Positions 13,175 to 34,579 of a stretch of DNA of 64,000 nt are shown here, in pieces. The stretch lies in NCBI GenBank assembly GCA_951406725.2, contig OX597819.1, forward strand, positions 51,150,001 to 51,214,000, in the 5' to 3' direction. The stretch's first letter is position 1, and every line of letters begins with the position of its first letter. The notes beneath the pieces were generated by a model. The model had not been told where the DNA came from and searched no databases. It saw nothing but the letters and a program-made list of their open reading frames with translations. The translations under genes were made by a program, and so were the position numbers. This DNA is from Octopus vulgaris (Eukaryota).

Positions 13175-13505
13175 AGACCCCCTTCGGTCACGACACAGAC
13201 CATGGGATTGCACCTAGAAAGTTACCCTCCCAGGCACAAGTCCGGGCAAGGTTGTTTATGGAAGACCAGCAGTCGCCCATGCATACTAGCCTCCCCTCTC
13301 CACACCACCAGTGTTATCCAAGGGAACGGCCGATACAGCTTGGCACCAGTGACGTCGCAACACATTTCTACAGCTAAGTGAACTGGAGCAACGTGAAATA
13401 AAGTGTCTTGCTCAAGAACACAACACGCAGCCCGGTCCGGGATTCGAGCTCACAACCTCACGATCGTAATCTCGACGCTCTAACCACTGATCCACGCACC
13501 TTCAC
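13175..13505 (-). mobile_element. tRNA-derived SINE (family E)
   Basis: Reverse complement begins GTGAAGGTGCGTGGATCAGTGGTTAGAGCG (A box), then GAGCTCGAATCCCGG (B box), then GTGTTCTTGAGCAAGACACTTTATTTCAC. Confidence 0.8.
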
Positions 13506-13631
13506 TATCTTAACATTATATATCTTAACATTATATTTATATATAAATATACAAATTTGCACATCTGTATATGTAGAGTGTATCCATCGATGTATGTATG
13601 CATGTATGTATGTATGTATGTATGTATCTAC

Positions 13632-13747
<116 letters not shown>

Positions 13748-13789
13748 GTCTATTTGTCTGTCTATCTCTCTTGAGGACATCCAATGGAC

Positions 13790-14720
13790 TCTAAACAATT
13801 TTTGAGTGCATCGAAGGTATTTAGTTTGACCATTAGCACCAAGAATACTTGTTCATCACCTCATTCGCAGCCATCCTCCCGCTGTTGCATCTACTGCATA
13901 TGTTGATGGGAAAGCTTTAAGAGTAGTTTCCTCTTTCATCTATCTTGGTTCCGTTATGTACAGTGGAACTAAGCTGGTTAAAGAAATTGACTCCAGAATC
14001 GGGAAGGCTAACTCCGCTTTCGGTAAGCTATATAGCAGGCTTTGGAACAGCCACGGCGTATCGTTGAAAGTGAAAGTCGATGTATATAAGTTGGTAGTTT
14101 TGACATCATTGCTTTATGGTGCTGTACTTTGACGTTTTTCATATTCAATGCTTGTATATTATCTCCAATATAAGACCGAGTGACCATATTCGTAACAGTA
14201 AGGTACTAACAAAATGCAAATTATCAGGTACTGAAGCCATCCTCATCATAATACAACTTAGATGGTCAGGGCATCTCTCACGTATGAGTGCTTTCAGAAT
14301 TCCGAAGCAACTTTTCCTTGGTGAATTCCCAACATGCAGGTCAACTGGAAGGCCACTCTTGTGCTTCAAAACAAACTGAAAGACAATCTCAAGCAATGCA
14401 AAATTCCCTTTTTCTTAGTAAAACAAAGCATCAGAACGCAGGAACTGGTACCAGTCATACTTCTCCTCAGTTCAAAGATTTGAGCAAAGTCGACTCGTAC
14501 ATCGGGACGAACTTCGTGGTAAAACACTGCCCCTCTAAATAGAAATTGTGGTTTTGTAGCACGAACCAAAATAAGCCTTGCCATCCAATCAAGAAAATAT
14601 AGTAAACAATCCAAGAGTACTCGAGCAAACTAAGTCTTCAACTTGTTCCATTTGCCAAAAGGTTTGCAAAGCACGAGCAGACCTCAAGAGACACTTTCAT
14701 GTCCATAGAACGTGATTACT
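13790..14720 (+). mobile_element. RTE-clade LINE 3' fragment, degenerate
   Basis: Translations LTISTK, FIYLGS, EIDSRIGKANSAFGKLYSRLW, KVDVYKLVVLTSLLYGA, QLRWSGHLSRM..RIPKQL..GE..GRP. Confidence 0.88.
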
Positions 14721-14784
14721 GCTTTATTTTACTGAACCCACATTTTTCATTCAAAAGATGATGCATCCTGTGTATATATGTGTG

Positions 14785-15095
14785 TTCCTTTCTGTGGAAG
14801 AGCGTAGGCTCGAAACGTTAAAGACTTTTTCACTTCCCGAGCGTTATACTAATACATCTGTTTGTTGTCAACACCACTTGTCTTCGTCTTTTGTCTTTGT
14901 TTTTCTTGTGAATCCCCCCCACTATAAATATACATATATATATATATGTGACGAAGCCAGGTGTATGAACAACAGGCAAGTGTATTCGAAAAAATAGAAA
15001 ATCTTTTTACGTTTCGAGCCTTTACTCTATAACAGAAAGGAACGTGAGATAACAGAGAGAGAATTAAAAAAACTCGGAGATTTCAGCGGTCCACA
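14785..15095. mobile_element. inverted pair of a short hammerhead-bearing repeat (+ copy 14785-14910, - copy about 14950-15095)
   Basis: CTTT-CTGTGGA-A-GAGC(gtag)GCTC-GAAA-CG-TT-AAAG at 14788-14823. Degenerate reverse-complement copy at 15003-15040. Confidence 0.7.
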
Positions 15096-15802
15096 ATATG
15101 TGCATGTATATGTGTATGTATATATACATACATACATACGTATATATATATATATATATATATAAACAGAGAGAGAGAGGGGTACATTAATACATACATA
15201 CAACCATACATAAATACATAAGTACATGCATATACACACACACATACTACATACATACATCCAAATATGCATAAATGCATGTCTGCATATATGTAGAGCC
15301 TATCTTAATATATATAGAGAGAGAGAAACTACATATATATAATGTATAGTTTATAGAAATCTCGCCACTCGAATTTCATGCCACTGCGATCATCAGACAA
15401 GAACTGTCACAAGTTTTAACTCGGTAGTATGTGTATAATCTCATGCTTCTCTTTCATCATTTTCCCATCTATTGCGTTTGATGACTGCCTATTATGTTAG
15501 TGCCAATCCGGAATCTCAGCGCGCAAACAAATGTATAAAAAGAAGCATCAGACCACACCCATAACAACGAATAGCAAAGTGACCAACAAAAGCGAGTTGT
15601 AACAATTCGTCTTTGAAGATCGCTGTCACATGACACTCAAATCCCAAAGTAGATATCCAGTTTCAACAAAGCAAAATTTTCTATAAGAACTGTTGGTCAC
15701 TCTTTGCATTCCATCATTATCATTCAACACACGTACGTATAATATGCATAATATATACTTACATGCATATATATATATATGCATGCATATATATATATAT
15801 AA

Positions 15803-15848
<46 letters not shown>

Positions 15849-15896
15849 ACATATTTACATATATACATGTATATACGTACATATATATATCATGTA

Positions 15897-16118
15897 CAGT
15901 AATCCCTCACCATATCGCGGTTCGCCTATCGCGGTTTATTATTGAAGCTTACGTCGATACCTCCGTGGCATTGTCTTGCATTTATAGTGAAATAAATATA
16001 TACAAATTATAAAAGTAATTAAAAGAATATACAATACAGTACCGTTTCTATTTCGCGGATTTTTATCTATCGCGGGGTATTTTCGAACGTAACGCCCGCG
16101 ATAGTCGAGGCATTACTG
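15897..16118. mobile_element. pogo/Tigger-type MITE
   Basis: TIRs CAGTAATCCCTCACCATATCGCGG and reverse complement of CCGCGATAGTCGAGGCATTACTG. TA dinucleotide on both sides; 222 bp; no coding capacity. Confidence 0.85.
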
Positions 16119-16300
16119 TATATATTTATATACAAACATTTCAGTACTTCTGAGACGATTTTCGGGTATGTGCACGTGTATTACGAGTAGAAATCGAATT
16201 TATCTTTTATTTTATTTTATTTATTTTGAACAGTCAACTATGAAATATTGTGATCAGTAGGATGAAAAGAATGCAGTGCTTATAAGAGTCAAGGACCACA

Positions 16301-18170
<1,870 letters not shown>

Positions 18171-18189
18171 TATATTTATGTCTAGCTGT

Positions 18190-23690
<5,501 letters not shown>

Positions 23691-24384
23691 AGCAGAGATA
23701 GGACGTTTTTAATGTTCACTGGAATTTTCCCCACCATACCTGTATTAGATTTGTGACTATTCTGTGGTACAGAAGTATTTTTCACTTCTATTTTTAGTGA
23801 TGTAGGTGCTCATATAGTGCCTTTGTGTATATATATAAGTATATCTTATATTGCATGTATATATTTTATCAATACGGCTGATAAATTCGCTTGCCGCACG
23901 TGATGGTACCATCCCTTCATATATATATATATATATATATATACGTAGAAACATGCACGTTTATAATGAGGCACATGTAAACACACAGATAGGAATACGA
24001 GCCAGCACTCAAACAAACAGTTACATATATATATATAAAGCATACACGGATATGTAAGACAAATGGGTACAGAATTATTCATCTATATACTAATTCATAT
24101 TGTTTCATAAATGGCGGAGATCTCAATCTGATACAGATATTTATATACCTATATGTCTATGTAGATTAACCCCTCTCCTCCCCTCTCTCTCTCTCTCGCG
24201 CTCTCTCCCTCTCTCTCGCTCACTCTCCGTCTCTCTCTGGCTCTCTCTGTCTAGTTACATATACGCATTCACACACACAGATACATACACAGGTGATCTC
24301 TTTTCTTTTCTTTTGCACTTTTCTCTTTCTCATTTCCGACGAAGTGCTCTGCTCCAACCGTCAAAAACTCTCTTTACTGAGCGT

Positions 24385-25116
24385 CAAATTAATACAATCA
24401 TTATGTGCGTCCTCTTGTTGTTTATTACTCTTTATTTTATTGTTCGTTTCTCTCTCTCTCTCTTTATACATACATACATACATATATATATATATATACA
24501 CATATATAAACCAACTAATAAGGGTGAGAAAATTGGATACTAATTTAATAGTACATCCATTTAACACCAAGTGGCTTAGTGCATAAAAACCAGGAATACA
24601 ATACATTTTATACGTAAATATAAGAGAGTAACCACTATGTGGTCGACTCTAGCACTAAAAATAGATCCGCTAGGTTTCAGCCACGAAGAATTGTTTCCAA
24701 TGAAAGTTAGCACGACTACTAGCGTAAACGAACAGGGCAAATAAAAATAACAAAAATGCAGATTAGTTCAGGACAATTGTTTCGCTATTAATAAATTATG
24801 TAATTTTAGCGGTTCGGCAAAAAGAGACCGATAGAATAAGTACTGGGCTTACAAAGAATAAGTCCCGGGGTCGATTTGCTCGACTAAAGGCGGTGCTCCA
24901 GCATGGCCACAGTCAAATGACTGATACAAACAAATGAATATAACATATCTGTAGCTCCTCAGCCGAACCGTCCAGAATACAATTTACTCAACCGCATGCC
25001 AGATTTTACCAAATTAATAGAATCATTATGTGCGGTTCAGTTCTTGTTTATTACGCTGTTTATTTTATTGTTCGTTTATCTCTCTCTCTCTCTTTATACA
25101 TACCCACATACATACT

Positions 25117-25178
<62 letters not shown>

Positions 25179-25539
25179 AACTAATAAGGGTGAGAAAATT
25201 GGATACTAATTTAATAGTACATCCATTTAACACCAAGTGGCTTAGTGCATAAAAACCAGGAATACAATAAATTTTATACATAAATATAAGAGACCACTAT
25301 GTGGTCGACTCTAGCACTAAAAATAGATCCGCTATTTTTTTTTATTTGTTATTTTTATATTTAATTTTTATTTGTTATTTTTTAAAAATAGATCTGCAAT
25401 TTTTTTTTATTTGTTATTTTTATTTGCCCTGTTCGTTTACGCTAGTAGTCGTGCTAACTTTCATCGGAAACAATTCTTCGTGGCGGATCTATTTTTAGTG
25501 CTAGAGTCGACCACATAGTGGTTACTCTCTTATATTTAC

Positions 25540-25542
<3 letters not shown>
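24385..25542. repeat. local direct duplication (24385-24672 / 25010-25334) plus inverted copy (24610-24762 / 25392-25542), with a SINE-A tail at about 24805-24940
   Basis: Near-identical blocks, e.g. CCAACTAATAAGGGTGAGAAAATTGGATAC twice. CCACTATGTGGTCGACTCTAGCACTAAAAATAGATCCGC occurs twice on + and once on -. Confidence 0.9.
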
Positions 25543-25602
<60 letters not shown>

Positions 25603-25667
25603 GTGTGTGTACATACATGTGAGTATGTGTTTCTCTCTGTGTGTGTCTGTCTGTGTGCGAGTGTGCG

Positions 25668-25720
<53 letters not shown>

Positions 25721-26139
25721 ATAGATACGTATGTATATAGAGGAGCACATAAACCGTAACCGGTGTGCTATGTTTGATATAACCCAGACGACATGTTTTC
25801 CGGGAAGCCCTCTGTTAATATAGCCTAGAGACCCTATTAAGCAACAAAATGCAGTTAATCTACTTCCACAGCATTATTATTCAGGATGATTTGGTAATAA
25901 TGCGTAATAACGTAATTACGATGAGCCACCTACTGAAACACATGTACATTGTATATAGCATACATTCCTGCTTACAAGTTGTTGTCTTTTTTTTTAGTAT
26001 ATCTTGGCAGATGCTCTGCTCAATGGTCTGTCTACAGTTATGATAATGATTTTCAAACTAGGAGTGATTTGACAATAGGAGTGGAGTGTGGAAATATTTT
26101 GATTATGTGTTATCATGCCTAACAGTACACCTGGGAATA

Positions 26140-26460
26140 ATTCTAGTATTGGTCGTCTTCGAGCTATAATAGAAGACACTTGACGAAAGCGCCGTGCAGT
26201 GGAACTGAACCCAAAAGCACATGGATGCGAAGCGGGCTTCTTAACTACACAACTCTCTCTTTCTCTCTCTTTTACTTGTTTACCAACCACACGGTTCCGG
26301 GTTCAGTCCCACTGCGTGGCACATTGGGCGATTGTTTTCTACTATAGCCTCGGGCCCTACAAAACCCTGTTAGTGGATTTGGTAGACGGAAATTGAAAGA
26401 AGCTCGTCGTAAATATGTATATATATATATATATATGTGAGTGCGTGTGAAAAGCCCGTC

Positions 26461-26537
<77 letters not shown>

Positions 26538-26762
26538 ATATGTGTGTGTGTGTTTGTCTGCCTGTGTTTGTTCCCCCAACATCGCTTGACAACCAATGCT
26601 GGTCTGTTAGGTCCCCGTAACATCAGCGGTTAGGCAAAACAGACCGATAGAATAAGTACTAGGCTTACAAAAAATAAGTCCTGGGCTCGATTTTCTCGAC
26701 TAAAGGCGGTGCTTCAGCAATGCCCGCAGTCAAATGACTGAAACAAGTAAAAAGTAAAAGAG
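26140..26762. mobile_element. SINE-A fragments: minus head (about 26140-26250) and plus copy (about 26275-26762)
   Basis: Matches to the SINE-A body and tail GGCGGTGCTTCAGCAATGCCCGCAGTCAAATGACTGAAACAAG. Confidence 0.88.
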
Positions 26763-27179
26763 ATTATCTTATCGTAAAATAAAAAGGCAAAGTTTATCGG
26801 AGTATACAGTCCTAGCAAAAGAGAGTCAAAGCGTTCTGACAGACGCTCTAACAGCTTCGTCAATTACAAGCGTTAAAGCATCCATCATCGACAGAGATTA
26901 TTTCATGAAACTATATTCCCTATACAAGACATCGCATAGTTATGACTACATTTCCATCACTGATGTTTCCATTTTTTTCCTTTCGAAGAGTTCATATGGA
27001 ATCTTTAACAGTACTACTACGCAAATAAACATGCATGGCTGCTAATGCTCACGCATACGTATGCACGTGTATATGCTCAGATGCACATCATATGCACACA
27101 TACTGTTATGACTGTATTTATTCTTCTATGAAGTCGGCTGATTCTCTAATGATGACTTTCAGTATTTAAATGTAGCTTA

Positions 27180-27229
<50 letters not shown>

Positions 27230-27622
27230 AATATGTATATATGTATGTATATATATATATCCATATGTATATATATATATATACACATGTATATATATGC
27301 ATATATATATGTATATATGTGTATATGCATATATATATATATGCATAAATATGTATACATACATACACACACACATATATATATATATATATGATATATA
27401 TATACATGCACACGTGCATTAGCACAAACTTCCATACATAGACTTACATACATTCGTTCATACATACATACATACATACATGCATACATACATACATACA
27501 TACACGGACATATATACACGCATCAATATTCACACGTTATTTTTTGTCTATGATTATATTTCTTGATTATGTGTCTGTATACATAGACGTATACATATGT
27601 TCATATACATACATATATATAT

Positions 27623-27672
<50 letters not shown>

Positions 27673-28044
27673 ACATGGAGAGAGAGAGAGGGTATAAGAG
27701 AGGGAAAAGTAAGAAAGAGAGAGTAAGAGACAATAAGTAATAGAGATTAAGAGAGCGAAAGATGGAGATTAAGAGAGAAACAGTAAGAGAGAAAGATTGA
27801 TGGATAGATGTAAATATATTTGGATGTATATGTATATACACATATGCCCAAGTGTATAAGGGCAAATAGGCGAGTACATATGTGCCTATACATAATTTGA
27901 ACAGATTACATTGCTCACTATAGAGGTTAGACGTATAGATAAATATAAGGACATCCACATACAAACATGAAAGCCATCATACAATCATATCAAGCGTATA
28001 TATTCAATATGCATTCAAGAATATATCAAGATGCAAACCTGTAA

Positions 28045-28241
<197 letters not shown>

Positions 28242-28322
28242 TAAATATATATATATGTCTGTCAATTTGTATGTACGTGTGTGTGCGTGTATGCATACAA
28301 GTATATACAAATATGTACACGT

Positions 28323-28371
<49 letters not shown>

Positions 28372-29036
28372 ATATATATATATATATATTTATATATTTT
28401 CTATATATATATATTTTATATATATTATATATGTGCATATATATTTATATATATGTGTGTTTGTGTGTGTTTGTGTGTGTGTGAGTGTGTGTGTTTGCAA
28501 CCCCTTAGTAGATATGTGTCTGTATTGTATAGGTATTATGAGGAGATATGTCTCTGTATCAAATAATTCATATGTGTATGCATGTATTTCTGCGATTGCT
28601 TGAGTATCTTTGTTCACCCACTTGTTTCTCTGTATATGAATCAATATGCGAATATGCCGCCTATATACACACATTAATATATATATATATATGTATAAAT
28701 GCGCCAATGTGTCTGTGTGTAAGTGTATGTATATGTAACATGTATGTATTCACCGCTGTAATGTACCATAAGTGATTATAATACAGAATCACAGATCTAT
28801 GTAACTAAGCATGTATTTCATGGATGACTGAACGGGCCAACTAGGCAGCTTGGTTCTGTAATAACTGAGAAATGTAATATATCATTAGTTAGTGGCATTT
28901 TCTTATTGATTATAGATAGATATCAGTAAATTGCTGGGCTATGATGATAGTTTCTACGTATTGATCGTTGGACAACATTTCCTTTTTATTGGGCCAATGT
29001 TTATACATATCTGTATGTACGTGTGTACGTATGCAC

Positions 29037-29112
<76 letters not shown>

Positions 29113-29665
29113 ATATATATATATATATATATATAAACACATACACACACATGTATATATGTAGATATACACACTAGCATGCGTCTATATCTACGTTCGT
29201 GTACAGGTGCGTGCGTATGTATGCATGAATATATATAAATATGTGTGTTTGTGTTTTTCCGCGCGCGCATGTGCGTGTGAGTGTGTGTGTCTTTGCATTT
29301 ATTTATGTTTGTACAGATATATTTTTGCTGCGTTTACAGAGCATTTTTTCTTTGAAACTATGAACGCGCATCCATTCAGTCCTTGTGAGCGTAAGTGTGT
29401 AAATATATGTTTTTAAGCGTATGAGTGTGTTTGAATATGCGTTTGTGCAAGTGTATGTGCGTGTGTGCATGTGCTTATGTGTGTGTGTATGTGTGTGAAT
29501 GTGTGTTCTTGTGTACGTTCATTGGTGTGAACAAAGGAATGTAAGTTATATTAAACAGAGGCAAAATATTGAAATGCATAGAAATTCATCTTCTATCGAA
29601 TGGAACTTATATATACACATGCATACGTACATATAAGTGTGCGTGTATGTGTACGTGTGCGTGCG

Positions 29666-29704
<39 letters not shown>

Positions 29705-29762
29705 CGGAGATGTATTTGCATAGCAAGTGACTTGATCTGAGATCGTGTGCTGAAACAAAAAG

Positions 29763-30037
29763 CAATTGCAACGTAGATGTTTGTAAGCCATTTAGGAACA
29801 CACACACACAAAAAATAACGTTAGTTTCACTTCAACATTTAAATTTGATTTTGTGTCAAAACATCTCCGTCGTTTTGAAACCTTTACCTCTTCATTGACG
29901 AAGTTTTGTCAGTGAGCAGGTCGTGGTTTCAAAGCGACGAAAATATTTTAACACAAAATTAATTTAAATGTTGAAGTGAAATTAACGGCTTTTGAGTGTT
30001 CTTAAATAGCTTGCGAGTATCTTTCACAATGCAATTC
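29763..30037. repeat. about 275 bp imperfect palindrome (foldback)
   Basis: CGTTAGTTTCACTTCAACATTTAAAT at 29819 pairs with ATTTAAATGTTGAAGTGAAATTAACG at 29962. Centre CATTGACGAAGTTTTGTCAGTG. Confidence 0.9.
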
Positions 30038-30080
<43 letters not shown>

Positions 30081-30086
<6 letters not shown>

Positions 30087-31153
30087 TAAATGAAATAAAA
30101 CATATGCATATATATAAACATATATGTACGTACCTACCTCTACATGTACATATACACGCATATATGAGTACAGGACACCAAAGGGACGTCGAACACAAAG
30201 AGAAACGAAAACATAGACACAAACCAAAGGAACTGGACATTTTTTTAAAAACAGCAAAAAATGGAGTACAGGACAATTAACACAAAGAAAAAAACCCTTC
30301 TTCAGTCGCTATGCTTTCATCTACTCTACGTTTCGAAGGATAAAAGCGAGACGTATCTTCGACAAGAAACTTTCCTTCCTGCGAAAAGCAAATCAATTAA
30401 AATTCTGAGATCTTTTCGCAGAGGGGTAAAAAATGGTAAAAAAACAGGACAGTAACGACAGTACAAAAATATAAACAGTAAAAGACAGGACAGAGAAAAA
30501 CAAGATAAGAAGGGCTGTTGACGCCGAACGAAAAAAGTATTGCAAACGCAGAATTTTTTGTGAACGACAGGGGAGCAGGAAGAATGTCGTCCAGTTACCT
30601 TGAAAGGCCAGGCCAGAAAGACAGTCAGAGCGGAAGTATCGTCGCGGGTGGACGACGGGAATGGGGGAGGAGGAGCAAGAGGAAGAGAGAGAAGAAGGGG
30701 AATGGCTGCGAGGAAACCATGAAGAATGGTGAGGGGGAGAGAGAGTGTGAAGAATGAGAGAGAGAGGAAGAGACAAGTTAAGGAGAGGAAAAAGAAAATC
30801 CATTTTTTACCCCTCTGCGAAAAGATCTCAGAATTTTAATTGATTTGCTTTTCGCAGGAAGGAAAGTTTCTTGTCGAAGATACGTCTCGCTTTTATCCTT
30901 CGAAACGTAGAGTAGATGAAACCATAGCGACTGAAGAAGGGGTTTTTTCTTTGTGTTAATTGTCCTGTATTCCATTTTTTGTTGTTTTTAAAAAAGTGTC
31001 CAGTTCCTTTGGTTTGTGTCTGTTTTCGTTTCTCTTTGTGTTCGACGTCCCTTTGGTGTCCTGTACTCATATATGCGTGTATATGTACATGTAGAGGTAG
31101 GTACGTACATATATGTCTATATATATGCATATGTTTTATTTCATTTATTAATA
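30081..31153. repeat. about 355 bp near-identical inverted repeats (30081-30436 / 30800-31153) around a purine-rich spacer of about 363 bp
   Basis: ORFs 30261-30455(+) and 30778-30975(-) translate almost identically. The arms are reverse complements. Confidence 0.95.
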
Positions 31154-31187
31154 TATTATATGACTAAACGCACGCACACTCTTAAGT

Positions 31188-31234
<47 letters not shown>

Positions 31235-31373
31235 CATACACACACACATATATACACATACACATATATATATACATATATATACAAATACACATACACC
31301 TACATGCCAACATGCAAGTACACGCACACATATATCTACACATATATATATATAAAAGAATATACACACCCAT

Positions 31374-31410
<37 letters not shown>

Positions 31411-31749
31411 CAAATACACATATATATACCTACATGCACATATATACATATATACATACATATGTATATATATGTATACACATACATATACGCACACAAG
31501 TACACATATTCATACATACATAAATGTACCCACTATCACATAAACATATACATAACTATGTACACACAAAACCACATATATAAATGTACTTCAGTACACA
31601 TAAACACACAAGAACATCTGCCCGCATATATAAACGCATTTGCCTAATACACGTGTACATAAAAGCATACCTACATATACATACCTACACACATATATAT
31701 ACATACATGCACGTACATCCACATACGTACACGTACTTACAGATACATA

Positions 31750-31799
31750 TCTACACACATACACATACATACATATATACACATACAGAAATCTACAAG

Positions 31800-31865
<66 letters not shown>

Positions 31866-32159
31866 CACACATACACATACGTATATACCTACATATACAT
31901 ACACATATATACTAACACCCATCATATACATACCTACATACACATACATCCATATATATCTACATATCTACATACATATATATAAACACATGCACATACT
32001 AATACACATACGCATATCAACGCACATACACGCACACATATATATCTACATATATAAAAAAAACCCACAAGTCAATACATATACACATATATATACACAT
32101 ACACATACATACATACTCATACATATACACATATATACACATACAGAAGTTTACAAGTC

Positions 32160-32241
<82 letters not shown>

Positions 32242-32425
32242 CACACATACACATACGTATATACCTACATATACATACACATATATACTTACACTCATCA
32301 TATACATACCTACATACACATACATCAATATATATCTATATATATACATACACATATATAAACACATGCACATACTAATACACATACGCATATCTACGCA
32401 CATACACGCACTTATATATATGTAC

Positions 32426-32430
<5 letters not shown>
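31750..32430. repeat. tandem duplication (about 360-380 bp period) within CA/TA low-complexity DNA
   Basis: Landmarks ACAGAA..TACAAGTCCATA and TAAACACATGCACATACTAATACACATACGCATATC each occur twice (about 31785/32145 and 31983/32359). Confidence 0.8.
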
Positions 32431-32456
<26 letters not shown>

Positions 32457-32494
32457 TGTACCACCGTTAAGAGAAAATGTGCTCGAATCATATT

Positions 32495-32784
32495 TGTTTG
32501 TTCCGGCTCACGACGGCCGGTTTCCCGGATTTCTTGGCATATAGGTTCCCCACCTGGACGGGATGCTGGTCCGTCGCAGGTGAGCTACAAGATGCAGGAG
32601 GAGAGTGAAAGTGAGAGAAAGTTTGGCGAAAGAGTCAGCAGAAGTTTGCCATTACCTTCTGCCGGAGCCGCGTGGTGCTTATGTGTTTTGCTCATAAACA
32701 CACACATCGCCGGGTCTGAGATTCGAACCCGTGATCCCTAGACCGCGAGTCCGCTGCTCTAACCACTAGGACATGTGCCTCCAC
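32495..32784 (-). mobile_element. tRNA-derived SINE family C
   Basis: Reverse complement head GTGGAGGCACATGTCCTAGTGGTTAGAGCAGCGG (A box)...GGGTTCGAATCTC (B box). Second copy at 35062-35364. Confidence 0.88.
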
Positions 32785-33009
32785 ACTATTCTAAATAAAA
32801 GTAAAGATTTACTCGGTGACTTCAGGAGGAAGTTTTTCACTGATATCGAATTCTTTGTTTCCATTAGGTTTATCTTCTCGGCATGCGAGAAACTGGTGGA
32901 AGAGTGAAACTTAAGGAAATTAGGTTACGGTCTATATATTGTGCTTACATTTAAGTTTAGGGTTGGCTACTCTAAATTAATTTTTGTTTCGTTGAAGTGA
33001 AATATCTTT

Positions 33010-33750
33010 GTTCTTTTACTTGCTTCAGATATAAGACAGCGGCCATGCTGGGGCACCGCCTTGAATTATATTTTTGTCAAATGAACCGACCCCAGTACTT
33101 ATTCTTAAAAAACCCTGGTACTTAGTACATTGCTCCCTTTCTCCGAACTGCTAAATTCCGGGGATGCAAATACACCAACACCGGTTGTCAAGTGGTGGGC
33201 GGACAAACACAAACAGACACAGATACACACACACACCAACACACACACACAGATATCAGACAGGCTTCTTACTGTTTCCGTCTACCGATTCCACTCACAT
33301 GGCTTTGGTCGGCCTGAGGCTATAGTAGAAGACACTTGCCCAAGTTACAAAAGCAGTGGGACTGAACCCGGAACTTGGTAAGCAAGCTTCTTACCACAGT
33401 CATTTATTTTCAAGAAGTAATTATCTTGTTCTTTTTTCCGGGGGTGCGGGGCTCGTAACAAAGTTATTTGTGTAAGAGAAGAGAAGCTTAATTTCCTGCC
33501 GTGTAAACATGGGGGGAAAATTATGTATTTTTATGTCTCTATATTGGTCATCGGAATCCTTGTTGATGAGTAATTTTTTGTTGTTTGTTACAGTTTGTGG
33601 GTATGTGGTAAGAAGCTTGCTTCCCAACCACAGTTTTGGGTTCAGTTCCACTGCATGTATCCTTGAGCAGGTGTCTCCAAATCTAGCCATGGGCTGACCA
33701 AAGCCATGTGAGTGGATTTGGTAAATGGAAACTGAAAGATACCAGACATG
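33010..33750. mobile_element. divergent SINE-A pair: minus copy 33010-33400, plus head 33600-33750
   Basis: GCGGCCATGCTGGGGCACCGCC tail (reverse complement) and TGTGGTAAGAAGCTTGCTTCCCAACCAC head. Confidence 0.85.
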
Positions 33751-33859
<109 letters not shown>

Positions 33860-34300
33860 CACCAACACACACTCAGTGACACTAAAATGGACAAAAGCTA
33901 AAATTCTTAGAACTCCCTTGGGGGTCCAGCAGGCCAAAGGGAATCCTTCTTCTTCTTCCCTCTCCCTTCCCCTCTTTCTCTTTAGCCTCAGATACAAACG
34001 CGCACACACACACACACACACACACATACACATACACACATATTCTCTCTCTCACTTCCTCCTCATCCACTTCACCCTCTTGTGCTGTCTTGTTCCTCCC
34101 CACCACTACGAAACTCTATAAAATGATTAAAATTCCCCACAAAGGAATTATTTTGATTTGAAAACCCCACTACAATGGGAGAAAGCGCTAATGATCTGAA
34201 TGATATGATCTGAATGATATGATATATATATGTAAAAAATGTAATATATAAATAAATATCTGTAAATATGAACCATCCGATCTTCTGATTACCTCATTTC

Positions 34301-34483
<183 letters not shown>

Positions 34484-34579
34484 TGTGTTTGTGTTTGTCC
34501 CCCACCACTGCTTCATAACCATAACCCGTTCTGATTTTGTTTAGGGATTCATCCAAAGAGACCGGTAAAGTAAGTTGTA

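Noticed and set aside
31750-32430. Regularly spaced repeats considered as a CRISPR-like array
   Set aside because: A two-unit duplication in low-complexity eukaryotic DNA, with no constant repeat/unique spacer pattern and no cas genes.
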